64,000 nt of DNA from assembly GCA_963837955.1 (NCBI GenBank), contig CAWIPH010000001.1, forward strand, positions 1-64,000, given 5' to 3'. The translations under genes were made by a program, and so were the position numbers. Shown here piece after piece: positions 47,738-57,904 of the stretch (position 1 is the first letter of the stretch; each line of letters opens with the position of its first letter). The DNA comes from an uncultured Verrucomicrobiae bacterium. GTDB lineage: Bacteria; Verrucomicrobiota; Verrucomicrobiia; Chthoniobacterales; JAFAMB01. The notes beneath the pieces are model-generated. The model had not been told where the DNA came from, did not search any database, and saw only the letters and a program-made list of their open reading frames with translations.

Positions 47738-49909
47738 TCAGCAAATCGTGATCACGTCGATCTTGCCGCTTCGCCTGGTTATACCCACGCTGACCGCATC
47801 ATGATCTCGCGTAAGCACGAGGTCGACCGTTCCATCCACGACCGCAAGATTATGCAGATGCACCTCTTCCATTGTTTCCGGCAATGTCGGATAATGAAAG
47901 GTGATTCGCGCGTGTTCGGCAGAGATGTGCAAACCGAGACAACTCCGCAAAACCAGGAATACCGATCCGGCTGCCCAAGCTTGAGGCGAGCAAGCGACCG
48001 GATAAAGTGTTGGCGCTTTGCGCGGCCGGCGCGAGAAACCGCAGAAGAGTTCAGGCAAGCGACGATCTTCGAAAACTATCGACGCATCGAAAAGTCCCGA
48101 GAGAATGCGGCGGGCGAGATCTTTCTTCTCGTGTTGAGCAAGACCCCACGCGATGAGGGAATTGTCATGCGGCCAGATCGAGCCATTGTGGTAGGACATC
48201 GGGTTGAAATTCTTCTCTGAGCTGGCAATCGTCCGGACTCCCCATCCAGAGAAGAATGCAGGCTTGCTGAGCTCCTCGATAACTCGATCGTCGGATTCTT
48301 TATCACCGATGCCGCTAAATAGACACTGGCCAGAATTGGAGCTGCGCACCGCACACTGGCGTTTTCGGCCGTCGAGAGCCAACGCGTACATCCCAATGGC
48401 ATCACACCAAAACGCGCGCTGAAAGTCGGTCCGCAGCTGGTCCGCTTCCCGTACCAAGTTCTCGGCAATTTCCGACTTTCCCAAGCGCCGGGCGACCATC
48501 GCCATGCCTTTCTTTGCCGCGAAAACGTACGCCTGAACTTCGCAAAGCGCGATTGGACCCCGGGCCAAAGTTCCGTCTGCGTGGAAGACTGAGTCAAACG
48601 AATCCTTCCAGCCTTGTTGCGTCAATCCACGCGATTCGGTGGAGTACTCGACGAAACCATCCCGATCTGGGTCCCCGTAATGATCGATCCAGGTCAGCGC
48701 CATTTCGAGGTGAGGCCAAAGATCTCGCATGAGCGACAGATCGTTCGTCCGATCAAAGTACGCTGTTGCCAGAAAAAGAAAAAGTGGGGTCGCGTCGATG
48801 GTGCCGTAGTATTGTCGAAACGGTACCTCGCCCAGCCTGGCCATCTCGCTCTTGCGGATCTCGTGCACGATCTTACCAGGTTGCGCTTCACTCTGAGCGT
48901 CTTCCGCGGTGGCCTGGGTTTTCGCCAAAAACCGAAGCACGCCTCTTGCGATCTGCGGCTTCAGCCAAAGCGTTTGGAAGGCGGTGATGATTCCGTCCCG
49001 ACCAAATACCGTGCTGTACCAAGGAACGCCGGCATAAGGATACAAACCTTGATCCGTCTCAGTTGTGAGCATCTGGAGATCGGCTTTCGATCGATTCACC
49101 CAGTCGTTAAATTGCTCGTTATCAGTGTAGATATCGCAGCCGCTAAATACCTCCGCAACGATTCCCTGCTCCATTTCCTCGTGAGCGATCTTAAGCGCCA
49201 ACGGGCGCGGAGCTTCAGTGCTATCGCCACATTCAATCGTGATCGATATGTCGCTGACACCGTTCGGGTCCAATTGCAACACTGAGTAAATTTCCCGGGC
49301 AGCGATCTTGGCTACGGATCCGGATACTCGCAAGGTCGTCGTGCGGACGACCTTATCCAAACCTTCGTAAGGAATCTGAATCCCATCCTCCAACGAGACC
49401 GGCTCCAGTAGTCTCCCTCGTCGAGCGCGGCTCCCTCCTCGCACTTCGAATATGTCGGCGAAATCCGCATCAAACTGGATGCTTAACGTTAGATCGATTG
49501 CCTGTGCCCCATAGTTTTCGATCTGAATCCGTTCGAAACAGCAAGCCTGCCGGAGGAACTTACTGCGATAGATGTGAACTGTTCCGTGCCGGATTAGTTG
49601 ATCTCTACTCCGCATTTCCGGATTGGTGAGATCTACCGCCAACAAGGCATTATCGTCACGAATGGTGGAGCTGAGTAGGAGCGGCCGCTGCCCATTCATT
49701 CGCAGCTCAAAGGTAGAGAGATAACGGGTATCGCAATGAAATAGACCGAACTCACCGGCACCGATCGGCTGAAAGTCACCGGAACGATCGAATACTGCAA
49801 AAGTGTCACCACTCAAGAGTACGCGTCGGCGATCGTCCGTCAGCGATGACCTAGCGCGAATGAAGTACTGGTCATCAACGGTGATGATGTCCTGAACGTC
49901 TATTCTCAT
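47738..49909 (-). CDS. Amylo-alpha-1,6-glucosidase / glycogen debranching family protein
   Basis: AGVPWYSTVFGRD, PGKIVHE, YYGTIDATPLF, QGWKDS, YHNGSIWPHDN, RLPELF, CSPQAWA. Confidence 0.92.
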   Translation of the reverse strand: MRIDVQDIITVDDQYFIRARSSLTDDRRRVLLSGDTFAVFDRSGDFQPIGAGEFGLFHCDTRYLSTFELRMNGQRPLLLSSTIRDDNALLAVDLTNPEMRSRDQLIRHGTVHIYRSKFLRQACCFERIQIENYGAQAIDLTLSIQFDADFADIFEVRGGSRARRGRLLEPVSLEDGIQIPYEGLDKVVRTTTLRVSGSVAKIAAREIYSVLQLDPNGVSDISITIECGDSTEAPRPLALKIAHEEMEQGIVAEVFSGCDIYTDNEQFNDWVNRSKADLQMLTTETDQGLYPYAGVPWYSTVFGRDGIITAFQTLWLKPQIARGVLRFLAKTQATAEDAQSEAQPGKIVHEIRKSEMARLGEVPFRQYYGTIDATPLFLFLATAYFDRTNDLSLMRDLWPHLEMALTWIDHYGDPDRDGFVEYSTESRGLTQQGWKDSFDSVFHADGTLARGPIALCEVQAYVFAAKKGMAMVARRLGKSEIAENLVREADQLRTDFQRAFWCDAIGMYALALDGRKRQCAVRSSNSGQCLFSGIGDKESDDRVIEELSKPAFFSGWGVRTIASSEKNFNPMSYHNGSIWPHDNSLIAWGLAQHEKKDLARRILSGLFDASIVFEDRRLPELFCGFSRRPRKAPTLYPVACSPQAWAAGSVFLVLRSCLGLHISAEHARITFHYPTLPETMEEVHLHNLAVVDGTVDLVLTRDHDAVSVGITRRSGKIDVITIC

Positions 49910-49918
49910 CGATGGTAG

Positions 49919-50986
49919 TCAGGCTGCTCTTGGGGAAAAACGGATATTATCTTCGTGCTTCTCTTGGGCGAGCCTTTGATAGATGGCTAAGTAACCTGAT
50001 GCCATTCGCTGAGAAGTAAACCGTTGCTCGAAAATTTGCCGACAACGCTGGCGCTGGATTGAGTCTAAATTGCGCAAAGCAACGATAGCTTCTTCGACTG
50101 AATTGACGATGAATCCGTTTTGTCCCGGTTCCACAATCTCGGGAACCGAACCGCGCCCATAAGCGATCACCGGTGTTCCACAGGCCATTGCTTCGATCAT
50201 AGTTAGGCCGAACGGTTCTGGCCAATCAACGGGAAAGAGTAGCGCTCGCGCGTTTCCCAGCAGTTCATTCTTTTGTTGATCGTTAATCTCGCCGATAAAT
50301 TCAATGAGCGGATGATGAAGCAGTCGCCTAATTCTTTGATCAAAGTATACTTGATCCACTGCGTCCACTTTCGCCGCAATTTTCAGCGGCATACCAACTC
50401 GTATCGCGATTTCGATGGCGCGGTCCACTCCTTTTTCAGCACAGATCCGACCCAAAAAGACGACGTAGTCCTTCCCCTCAGGATGGTACTGGTACAAATC
50501 CTTCGGAAGTCCGTGGTGTATCGTACCGAGCCAATTTGAGTGAGGGAGCGGCGACTGTTGCGAATGCGACACTGAGCAGAGGCGCATCTCCCAATACTCG
50601 GTAAACAGCGGCTGTAGATCGGGGATATCGAGCCGGCCGTGCAACGTCGTAAGCGCTATCGGCTTAGTCCGGCGGAGGACAGGAAAATGAATGTAATCGA
50701 GGTGAAAATGGAGCACGTCGAATTCGGATGCCTGCGCGAACACCAACTCGAGCATGCGAACGTGGTGGGCTAGCGGGTCGGCCAGCGCGCGACGCTGTAG
50801 TCGCAACGCTTGCTCACAAACGGGAACCAAAACGCCGGAGGTCTGAGAGTCACCTGAAGCGAACAGGGTAACCTCGTGCTCTTGTCGAATCAATTCCTCG
50901 ACCAGGTAAGAGACAACGCGTTCGGTTCCACCGTAATATTTGGGCGGGACACTTTCGTAGAGCGGCGCGATCTGAGCAATCTTCAT
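49919..50986 (-). CDS. GT4 glycosyltransferase
   Basis: MKIAQIAPLYESVPPKYYGGTERVV; EPFGLTMIEAMACGTPV. Confidence 0.93.
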   Translation of the reverse strand: MKIAQIAPLYESVPPKYYGGTERVVSYLVEELIRQEHEVTLFASGDSQTSGVLVPVCEQALRLQRRALADPLAHHVRMLELVFAQASEFDVLHFHLDYIHFPVLRRTKPIALTTLHGRLDIPDLQPLFTEYWEMRLCSVSHSQQSPLPHSNWLGTIHHGLPKDLYQYHPEGKDYVVFLGRICAEKGVDRAIEIAIRVGMPLKIAAKVDAVDQVYFDQRIRRLLHHPLIEFIGEINDQQKNELLGNARALLFPVDWPEPFGLTMIEAMACGTPVIAYGRGSVPEIVEPGQNGFIVNSVEEAIVALRNLDSIQRQRCRQIFEQRFTSQRMASGYLAIYQRLAQEKHEDNIRFSPRAA

Positions 50987-51249
50987 TTCGACTCTAAGGA
51001 ATCGTTTTGCCGCGCCTGATAGGACCTAGCCTGCTCAAAGATCCAACTCGGTCCAGATGCCGTAAGAAACGCTTAGCCTCCATCTGAACAGTCCGGCGCT
51101 CCGAAGTTCAGGTCAATGGAGAAAAGTCAGGGCACATTAGCGCCAAGTGACGGTTCGATCTTAAATCGAACGGCTCACAAAGGGCCCCAAACCTCTTATG
51201 ATCCCCGTGCTCAGCAGGCTTTGAATTTTCCTTTTGGTCGAGACAGCAA

Positions 51250-51462
51250 ATGGCGATACTGAGCCCAATGGGCCTCAAAACTAATGAAATTCTTTCTGCT
51301 TTAGCACCCTACGCAGTCGGCATCTTCTTTTATCTGCTTGTTGCCATTACCTGGGCCATCGCTTTCGTGAAACTTAAACATGTCGGAGCTCTCGTTCTGG
51401 CATTCGCCTCCCTGATTGGATCGATCCTGAGCGCAGCGAGCGCGCGATGTAGGTCGCAATAA
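51250..51462 (+). CDS. Small membrane protein (possibly a fragment)
   Basis: Two hydrophobic segments in 70 aa. Confidence 0.4.
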   Translation: MAILSPMGLKTNEILSALAPYAVGIFFYLLVAITWAIAFVKLKHVGALVLAFASLIGSILSAASARCRSQ

Positions 51463-51669
51463 TAGTAAAGGGCAGCGTCAGCTTATACAATATCTTGGAG
51501 TCCTAAATATCGGTCATACCGCTCTAGTCGCTTGCTTGATGATTGTCGGCGCCTTGCTCATCGCATTTCATCGCCCGGCGAGACAAGAAAAGGGAGCCCA
51601 AGAGTACAGGTAGTTTAGAATCCCCGCTTCTTCTTTCCACAGGCTTGTTCCGCGGGCCCTCAGTGAGAT

Positions 51670-52548
51670 CTATATTCGACGATTGCCGAATCGACTCCCG
51701 GTACTTTGCCTTAACAACCCAAACAGCAGGCCGGCCAATAAGAAGCCTCCCAAGAAGAGCATTCGATGCATAACAAAGCGAGCGTTCGGTGAATTCCACG
51801 ACGTAACTGGGTCGGGCAAGGTGCGGAGCAACGAGGCTCGCAACAGGCGCTCGGTCCTCCGATCCAACCGAACTTCCGGTCGAAGAAGTGGTAAAGCTGG
51901 GTCGCCCATGCGCACACCAAAACCGAGCCACCTGGCAGTGGGACTGTCCGCAAACAAGCGACGTCTGCCAAAGGCCCGCTCCACAAAGGTCGTACAATCT
52001 TCACTAAAGTAGGGCCGGCTTCGAATGCTGTTCAAAAATTCAGTTGCTTCTTTGACTATTCGGTCATCGATTTTTCGGAACGCCGTCGCCGACACCGTCA
52101 CATCCCATCCACCACGATCGCGGGCCCGGAAAATTTCCAATGGGGTCCAGTTGACGCCGCTAACAAACGCATTCCAAGGTGTTTCAATGAGCTGTTCGAC
52201 CACAAATTCTCGTCCGTCTTCGATAGTCACGTGCAGGCCTACGTGCATAGCCAACGACGGACCGAAGGCTGATTGTCTCAATCCAGCCAGGCGACGGTCG
52301 AACGTCTGGACCGGCCGAATCAACCATGCCCCGATCAGGCTGTGACTGTCGCTTTGAAAAATAATGCCGCGGAGCGCGACCACTCGACCAGGCGGAAGTC
52401 TCCGATCTACCCGCGCCGCAATGCCGGCGCTTGGCTCTTCCGGGTGGAGGCTCACCGAATCCACTGCCACAACATTTACTTTCGTTGTCTCTTTCCCGGA
52501 TCGACGCCCACCTCTTTCGCTCACAAACAAAGTGTCCGAGATTAACAA
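51670..52548 (-). CDS. Hypothetical protein, possible permuted papain-like (LRAT/PPPDE-type) enzyme with C-terminal TM; start uncertain
   Basis: MHVGLHV...VVEQ precedes RPYFSEDCTTFVER; C-terminal hydrophobic helix. Confidence 0.5.
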   Translation of the reverse strand: MLISDTLFVSERGGRRSGKETTKVNVVAVDSVSLHPEEPSAGIAARVDRRLPPGRVVALRGIIFQSDSHSLIGAWLIRPVQTFDRRLAGLRQSAFGPSLAMHVGLHVTIEDGREFVVEQLIETPWNAFVSGVNWTPLEIFRARDRGGWDVTVSATAFRKIDDRIVKEATEFLNSIRSRPYFSEDCTTFVERAFGRRRLFADSPTARWLGFGVRMGDPALPLLRPEVRLDRRTERLLRASLLRTLPDPVTSWNSPNARFVMHRMLFLGGFLLAGLLFGLLRQSTGSRFGNRRI

Positions 52549-52602
52549 AACTGCTGTGCTCTGTCGAACAATCTCGCTAGACGAGAAATTCCTAGAAAAT
52601 AA

Positions 52603-54228
52603 TCATTTGATCGAGCTGACATCTTCCCGCAGCGGAAGCGGTTTCCGACGCGAAAGCATCTCAACCAAAAGCGAGCACAACAACATGAGGCTAATTTGGA
52701 CAAGCGAATAGACCGGAAGGAAATAGCGCTCCCCAAAGGATGTGCTGAAACAGTTGCCCAGTGCCATCAAGAAACCGATGGCGACCATGCTCCAGGCGTA
52801 GCAAACGCCGGTCAAGTTAGCGATATTCCGCGCAGATCCGACAAGAACAAGCGCACCGGCAACTAGCGCAAGCAAAACGAAGCCGCCCAAGGGAAAGCCT
52901 TTGAACCATTGGAAGTAGGCATTGCCAGCGAAGAGTTTTTTGTAATGCCCTTGGGGAAATTGGAACGATCGAAGCGGTCGCAGACGCGCGTAACGCGGAT
53001 AGCCGAGCTCACGTTGGAGGGAGTCAGTCAATGCAAGCGGCTGTACAGCCATGTCGGTTTGGCTCAGAAACGGGATTCGCCACATCTCGGTTTTAATAGT
53101 ACTCAACAATGCGAGATCCGGCGGCGTAAGAAATGCCTGAGCTACCCGGTTCAATCTTGAATCAATCTCAAACAAGTGTCGCTGCAAGCCTGTCTCGCCG
53201 GACCGGGAAAGGATGTCATCGATTCGCTCGTACAGGAATCCATCATGCCGGTCGTTGTCCTTCCGATCCATCGATTGTTCGAGGTCGTGGATAGCTTCCG
53301 TGACCACGGGATCATTTACTTTGTTACTTACCTTCTCCAAAATGGCGTTGCGCTCATCGGCCGGCAACGCATTCAAATAATTGAGACGCCATTCGAAGGT
53401 GACACCAAAAGTGGACCGATAAGGTACGCCGAATATCCAACACATCGTTTGCTGTACACCGATCGATGCAACGGCAACACCAACGCCGAGACAACCATAG
53501 ATAGCCAGTTTTCTCCAAGCGCGGAAGCGGCTGACCGACTTGGGATCAGATTGAGTCGTCTCTGGAAAAAAGGTTCTGACGATGGCCGGCCCTAAAAACG
53601 CCAATGGCACGAGGCAAACCAACATTAGATTAATATGGCGCGTCAGAGCAGCGGCGAGTAACAACAAGAAAAACACGATCAACTGCCGCACCGGCAATTC
53701 GGCTGTTCGCAAACAGATCCAGCCGTACGCGGCGATGAGACAGACGAGCGGATTGCTGAACGCTTCTGTCCCGATGCATTGGGCAAAGAGATAAAGCCAC
53801 GGGGTTACAGCCAAGAAGACCGAGAAAAGAAGACGCAGAGAGAATCTATTCGTCAGCGTTTTGACAACGAAGAACAGGGAATAGACCAGGAAAAGATGCT
53901 GGGCGATCAGGAGCGTATAAATGGCAAAGTCGCTCAGCTCCGGAGTGCCAATAGATAAGTAGGGTAGCCCATGACCGGTAAGCAGGTTACCCACGATGCC
54001 ACCGCCGATCATCACTAAGCGACCGAAAAAGCAGTAGCCCGGCAGCCAATGGATGATCCCCTTCGGAGCGAAAGTGGATGCGATTTCGTTGAATCCGTCC
54101 GTATCCCGCCAAAGGGGTGGGAGCGTTAAAAGAAGATAGAGCGATGGAAGAACCAGGACGGCAACCCAGATCAAATCTCGCGGCGCGAATTTTCCTCCGA
54201 ACTCTAACCTCGATGCGCTCTCACTCAC
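52603..54228 (-). CDS. Polytopic membrane protein, GT-C-like
   Basis: First loop PLWRDTDG, TEAF motif, multiple TMs, C-terminal RYFLP. Confidence 0.6.
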   Translation of the reverse strand: MSESASRLEFGGKFAPRDLIWVAVLVLPSLYLLLTLPPLWRDTDGFNEIASTFAPKGIIHWLPGYCFFGRLVMIGGGIVGNLLTGHGLPYLSIGTPELSDFAIYTLLIAQHLFLVYSLFFVVKTLTNRFSLRLLFSVFLAVTPWLYLFAQCIGTEAFSNPLVCLIAAYGWICLRTAELPVRQLIVFFLLLLAAALTRHINLMLVCLVPLAFLGPAIVRTFFPETTQSDPKSVSRFRAWRKLAIYGCLGVGVAVASIGVQQTMCWIFGVPYRSTFGVTFEWRLNYLNALPADERNAILEKVSNKVNDPVVTEAIHDLEQSMDRKDNDRHDGFLYERIDDILSRSGETGLQRHLFEIDSRLNRVAQAFLTPPDLALLSTIKTEMWRIPFLSQTDMAVQPLALTDSLQRELGYPRYARLRPLRSFQFPQGHYKKLFAGNAYFQWFKGFPLGGFVLLALVAGALVLVGSARNIANLTGVCYAWSMVAIGFLMALGNCFSTSFGERYFLPVYSLVQISLMLLCSLLVEMLSRRKPLPLREDVSSIK

Positions 54229-54256
54229 TGCTCAAATCGACAAACAAGAACGGTAA

Positions 54257-55915
54257 TCACTGCGGGACTGAGCCCAGCTCGGGGTTTGCTTTTGCAGGGA
54301 CGGAAATTCTCCCCTGTTCTCCAAGTTTGCGCCACCCGAACGCCAGCATGATTAAGTAAGTCATTATCATAGCCAACCCGAGCAGGAACCCGGGAGCGTA
54401 GCTGATTCGATAACGGACAACATCAAGCGAATGGACAACCGCAATAGTGAGGACGTTTCCATAAGTGGCAGCAAGTACCGCGACGACGACAAATCCGGCC
54501 AGGCGCCAGTTACGCCCCCGCCAATTTAAGCAGAGCACCGCCATCGCAACGAAGAAAGCAAGTTGCAGCCAAAAGCTGATCCAAGCGAGATAAAGCGCTA
54601 ACTTAGCCAGAATTTGGAAGCCCAGCGGGTGTGACGGATTGGTCACAATTTTCTCCAGAGATTCTTGGTATGCTTGATAAATCTTTTGCACGTCTGGTGA
54701 AAGAGAGCTGGCGGGCAGGAACGGACGTGAAACCGCGGTTTCGTGATTTAAATCGACCGATTTCCCCGTTGAATAAAAGTCGCCGGCGCGAGGAAACAGA
54801 AAAATCCGGATCTGTCTCCCGATCTTTTGGAGCATTGACCGGGGAGCGTGAAACCAAGCGCGGAAATAGGCAGAGTAACAGGTAGAAGCCAATTCACGAA
54901 CCTTCGCACTTTCCTCCGGGCCATCGGCAGCAAAACGCCGAGAAAAGCCCGAACTGTACTGAATGTAGTCAGAGTCGAATCCAAGAGAATGGTAGCGGCC
55001 GAGTTTCTCCTTAGCGATTCGAAAAGCCTCGGCCAGTTCTTCGTAGAGTGCCCGTTGCACTGGGTTCCCGTTCAGTGAAGCGTCGCTCGGACTCGCCTCC
55101 AGTACCTGAGCAGCGTGAATGCAGACGAGCGTCTGAGGCAGAAAGAGATGCGACGCCGCATCCTTTTGGAAGCCTAACAATTTCGGAAGAAAGAATACAA
55201 AAACGATCACAATCGTGCCAGCCAGAAGCGGTCCGAATCGCGTAAAACGTGTCGCCCCGCCGAAACTACCGGCAGCGACGAACAGAAAAGTAACGCCGAG
55301 CGAAAAACCCCAGCTCGGTTTCAATAGCAGAACCGCGTAGGATAGCCCCAACGCGGCAGCTCCAAAGACGATCGCCCACCCTGTTCGACGCAATCTCCAA
55401 CGGGCATCGAAAAAGGAGACGAGACAATAAAGATACACCATTTCGAAAACCGCCAGCACTCCCTCCGGGCGAATCGTATCCTCTAGTAACGCCTGGTGTG
55501 GACTCAGCGCGTAAAATGCGAGGAACAAAAGCGCGACAATGCAGCTCACCCGGCGCCAAAGTGGACTTTGGGGCGGCAACAACCGCAACCATGACCACCA
55601 AACGAGCAAAAACATGGGAATACCGATCATTCCCAGAAATCGCTGGGCGTAAGTAATCGCGCAAAAATCGCCGCTGATCTTCAGGATGCCTGCGAGCAGC
55701 GCAGGATAGAGCCAATCTCTCCCATAGGTTTGCTGAAATCCGAGCCCGCTCAACCAAGAAAGCGCGGGGCGCAAGTATCCCCAAGTATCACCATCCGCCA
55801 GCGGAGCGATCGGCATCCGGATCCGGACGACAAGGCCTCCGATCATGACGGCTACGACGGCACAGAAAATCAGAAGGTCGAACCAAAGCAAAAATTGAGG
55901 TTTACCGCGCTCCAT
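54257..55915 (-). CDS. Polytopic membrane protein, GT-C-like
   Basis: First loop PLADGDTWGY...RDWLYP, IRPEG, LLKPS, C-terminal RY. Confidence 0.65.
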   Translation of the reverse strand: MERGKPQFLLWFDLLIFCAVVAVMIGGLVVRIRMPIAPLADGDTWGYLRPALSWLSGLGFQQTYGRDWLYPALLAGILKISGDFCAITYAQRFLGMIGIPMFLLVWWSWLRLLPPQSPLWRRVSCIVALLFLAFYALSPHQALLEDTIRPEGVLAVFEMVYLYCLVSFFDARWRLRRTGWAIVFGAAALGLSYAVLLLKPSWGFSLGVTFLFVAAGSFGGATRFTRFGPLLAGTIVIVFVFFLPKLLGFQKDAASHLFLPQTLVCIHAAQVLEASPSDASLNGNPVQRALYEELAEAFRIAKEKLGRYHSLGFDSDYIQYSSGFSRRFAADGPEESAKVRELASTCYSAYFRAWFHAPRSMLQKIGRQIRIFLFPRAGDFYSTGKSVDLNHETAVSRPFLPASSLSPDVQKIYQAYQESLEKIVTNPSHPLGFQILAKLALYLAWISFWLQLAFFVAMAVLCLNWRGRNWRLAGFVVVAVLAATYGNVLTIAVVHSLDVVRYRISYAPGFLLGLAMIMTYLIMLAFGWRKLGEQGRISVPAKANPELGSVPQ

Positions 55916-56023
55916 CGTCTAAACAGAAACAGTGTCGTACACTCTGTCGCGCATCTCGTCCAGAGCGGTTTAGGGCGTCCCCGGCCGTGGGAAAACGATA
56001 GCGATCGTCGCCTTCCACGATCC

Positions 56024-57622
56024 TTACTGAAGGCTAGGAAACAGTCTCACTAAAACGTCGTTATCGACGACGTACACCTGATAGTGAAGGTTAACTCTTG
56101 CCGGTTTCTGGTCGGCCGAAACTGCGAGTACATAGGCTCTCTTACTTTCTGATGTTTCTCGCTCCAGCTTCGCTCCGTAATACCTCAAGACGGTGTTTCC
56201 GAAACCACTTTCATCACCATGCAAATCTGTCTGAACCCAAAAATGGAATAAATGATACTTTGTTTTGATAACTCGCTCCACGGACGGTGCATATCCCACC
56301 GTTCCGACTAAGATCAGATGATCGACGGATTGCGTAGCGACTATTTCCTTCAGATCCTCGCTCAGCCTACGCGCGATATCTCCTTCATATTCCTTTTGCG
56401 CTTTGTTTGCATTGCCGTAGACCGCCGCGAAATAAATCATCACGTAAGCTGGAATTGATAACAATATGCCTTGCCAGGTTACTGGAACCCTAAGCTCACC
56501 CAACGTGGAAATGATGATAATAAGAGAACAAGACAAGAGAGGACCGAAACCGACGAACGTTCGCATGCTCTGGGTGGGCGACGACGCCAAGAGAATCATA
56601 GGCCCAAATGTCGCCAGCACCAAAGCGATGGGCGTCATGAAAGGAATGACCCTCCAAGGTAACCTGAAGCGACTACCGTTAGCGAATCTTCGAAAGTAGC
56701 GAAGCCCTATTACTACGGAAATAGCTAAAGCAACAGCTACCGGTAAGAGCAGCGGCAATTTTAGTTTCCAAAGCGACGAAACGACTACGAACCAGGAATC
56801 AATAAAATTTCGCCAGATAACCGAGAACGATCGAGCATCTGTTATGAATCGCGAATTCTCTGCACCGTACCCGTCGCGAACAGTGAGAAAAACAACAACT
56901 TTGTAAAAGCAACCCGCTATGAACAGCTGACATGCTCGCGACCATATAAGTGCGCGCAACTCCCGCGGGGGAGCATCTTTCATCTGCAAAAAAATGCATT
57001 CAAACGTCGCAAAAATCAGGAAAGCATTCAGACTCGGCTGATATAGACAAAGAGCACCGAGCAGGAAGGCGGAACCGACCAGGAGCGGGAGTATCCTTCG
57101 TTTATTCGCCTCTTCGCGCTGCAAGGTAGCCAGCAAAGCGAAGAGCATCGAGAGAGCCATGGGTAGCGAGTCAAATTTGAAAGAGAGATTTGCCAAGAAA
57201 AATGGACTGGCACCTAGGGGAAGGGTGGCGCAAGCAGCGATGAAAGGACGATGGAGCCCAAACCTGCGAGACACGAGTACTGATAGATACGATAAGCAAA
57301 TGATCGACGCGATTTGGCAAAGAGGTGAGAAATCAACAATCGGCTTTCCCAACGCCAAGGTATCCATCACGACCTCTGCCAAGGGACGCCCGTCCCTGTC
57401 CCAGTTCGAATAGCCCAATACGGTCCTTCCCCAATCGTCCACGCTGTACCTGTCCGCGATAAGAATCGGTAAAATAACCAGTGCGTAGAGGACCAGCGCG
57501 AAAAGGAATGTACGCTTTTCGGTTCTCTCAATTTTTAGGAAATCAAAGGCCGCTAGAGCCTGCGTTCGAGCGAGGTTTAAGGCCGATTTGATGCCACGTG
57601 GTGTGGTACTTCGGTCGAACAT
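56024..57622 (-). CDS. GtrII-type glucosyltransferase domain membrane protein
   Basis: DRYSVDDWGR...W..DGRPLA, SPFFLANLSFKFDS, LYQPS; likely start 57622. Confidence 0.8.
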   Translation of the reverse strand: MFDRSTTPRGIKSALNLARTQALAAFDFLKIERTEKRTFLFALVLYALVILPILIADRYSVDDWGRTVLGYSNWDRDGRPLAEVVMDTLALGKPIVDFSPLCQIASIICLSYLSVLVSRRFGLHRPFIAACATLPLGASPFFLANLSFKFDSLPMALSMLFALLATLQREEANKRRILPLLVGSAFLLGALCLYQPSLNAFLIFATFECIFLQMKDAPPRELRALIWSRACQLFIAGCFYKVVVFLTVRDGYGAENSRFITDARSFSVIWRNFIDSWFVVVSSLWKLKLPLLLPVAVALAISVVIGLRYFRRFANGSRFRLPWRVIPFMTPIALVLATFGPMILLASSPTQSMRTFVGFGPLLSCSLIIIISTLGELRVPVTWQGILLSIPAYVMIYFAAVYGNANKAQKEYEGDIARRLSEDLKEIVATQSVDHLILVGTVGYAPSVERVIKTKYHLFHFWVQTDLHGDESGFGNTVLRYYGAKLERETSESKRAYVLAVSADQKPARVNLHYQVYVVDNDVLVRLFPSLQ

Positions 57623-57904
57623 GGAAATAATAAGAATCTTTTGCCGCTGGCGTTTTTGTGCTTGAATTCCATCTACTAAGCAGCGAGCAACTTCTTTGGA
57701 AAAACGCAGCGAAACTCCCGGAAGACCTTGTAGGCGCTTCAATTCAAACGAGCAAGTATTTCGCGGCAATATTTTTTGGGAGTGCCGTCGTAATCGCCGC
57801 CGAAGCGAAGTGAAAATGGTTCTTGTTGCGTCGAGAAGCAACAAGTTAGGGATTAACAAACCATTGATGGACAACCCTGTTCCCGCTAAGCAATCACGCG
57901 AGTT

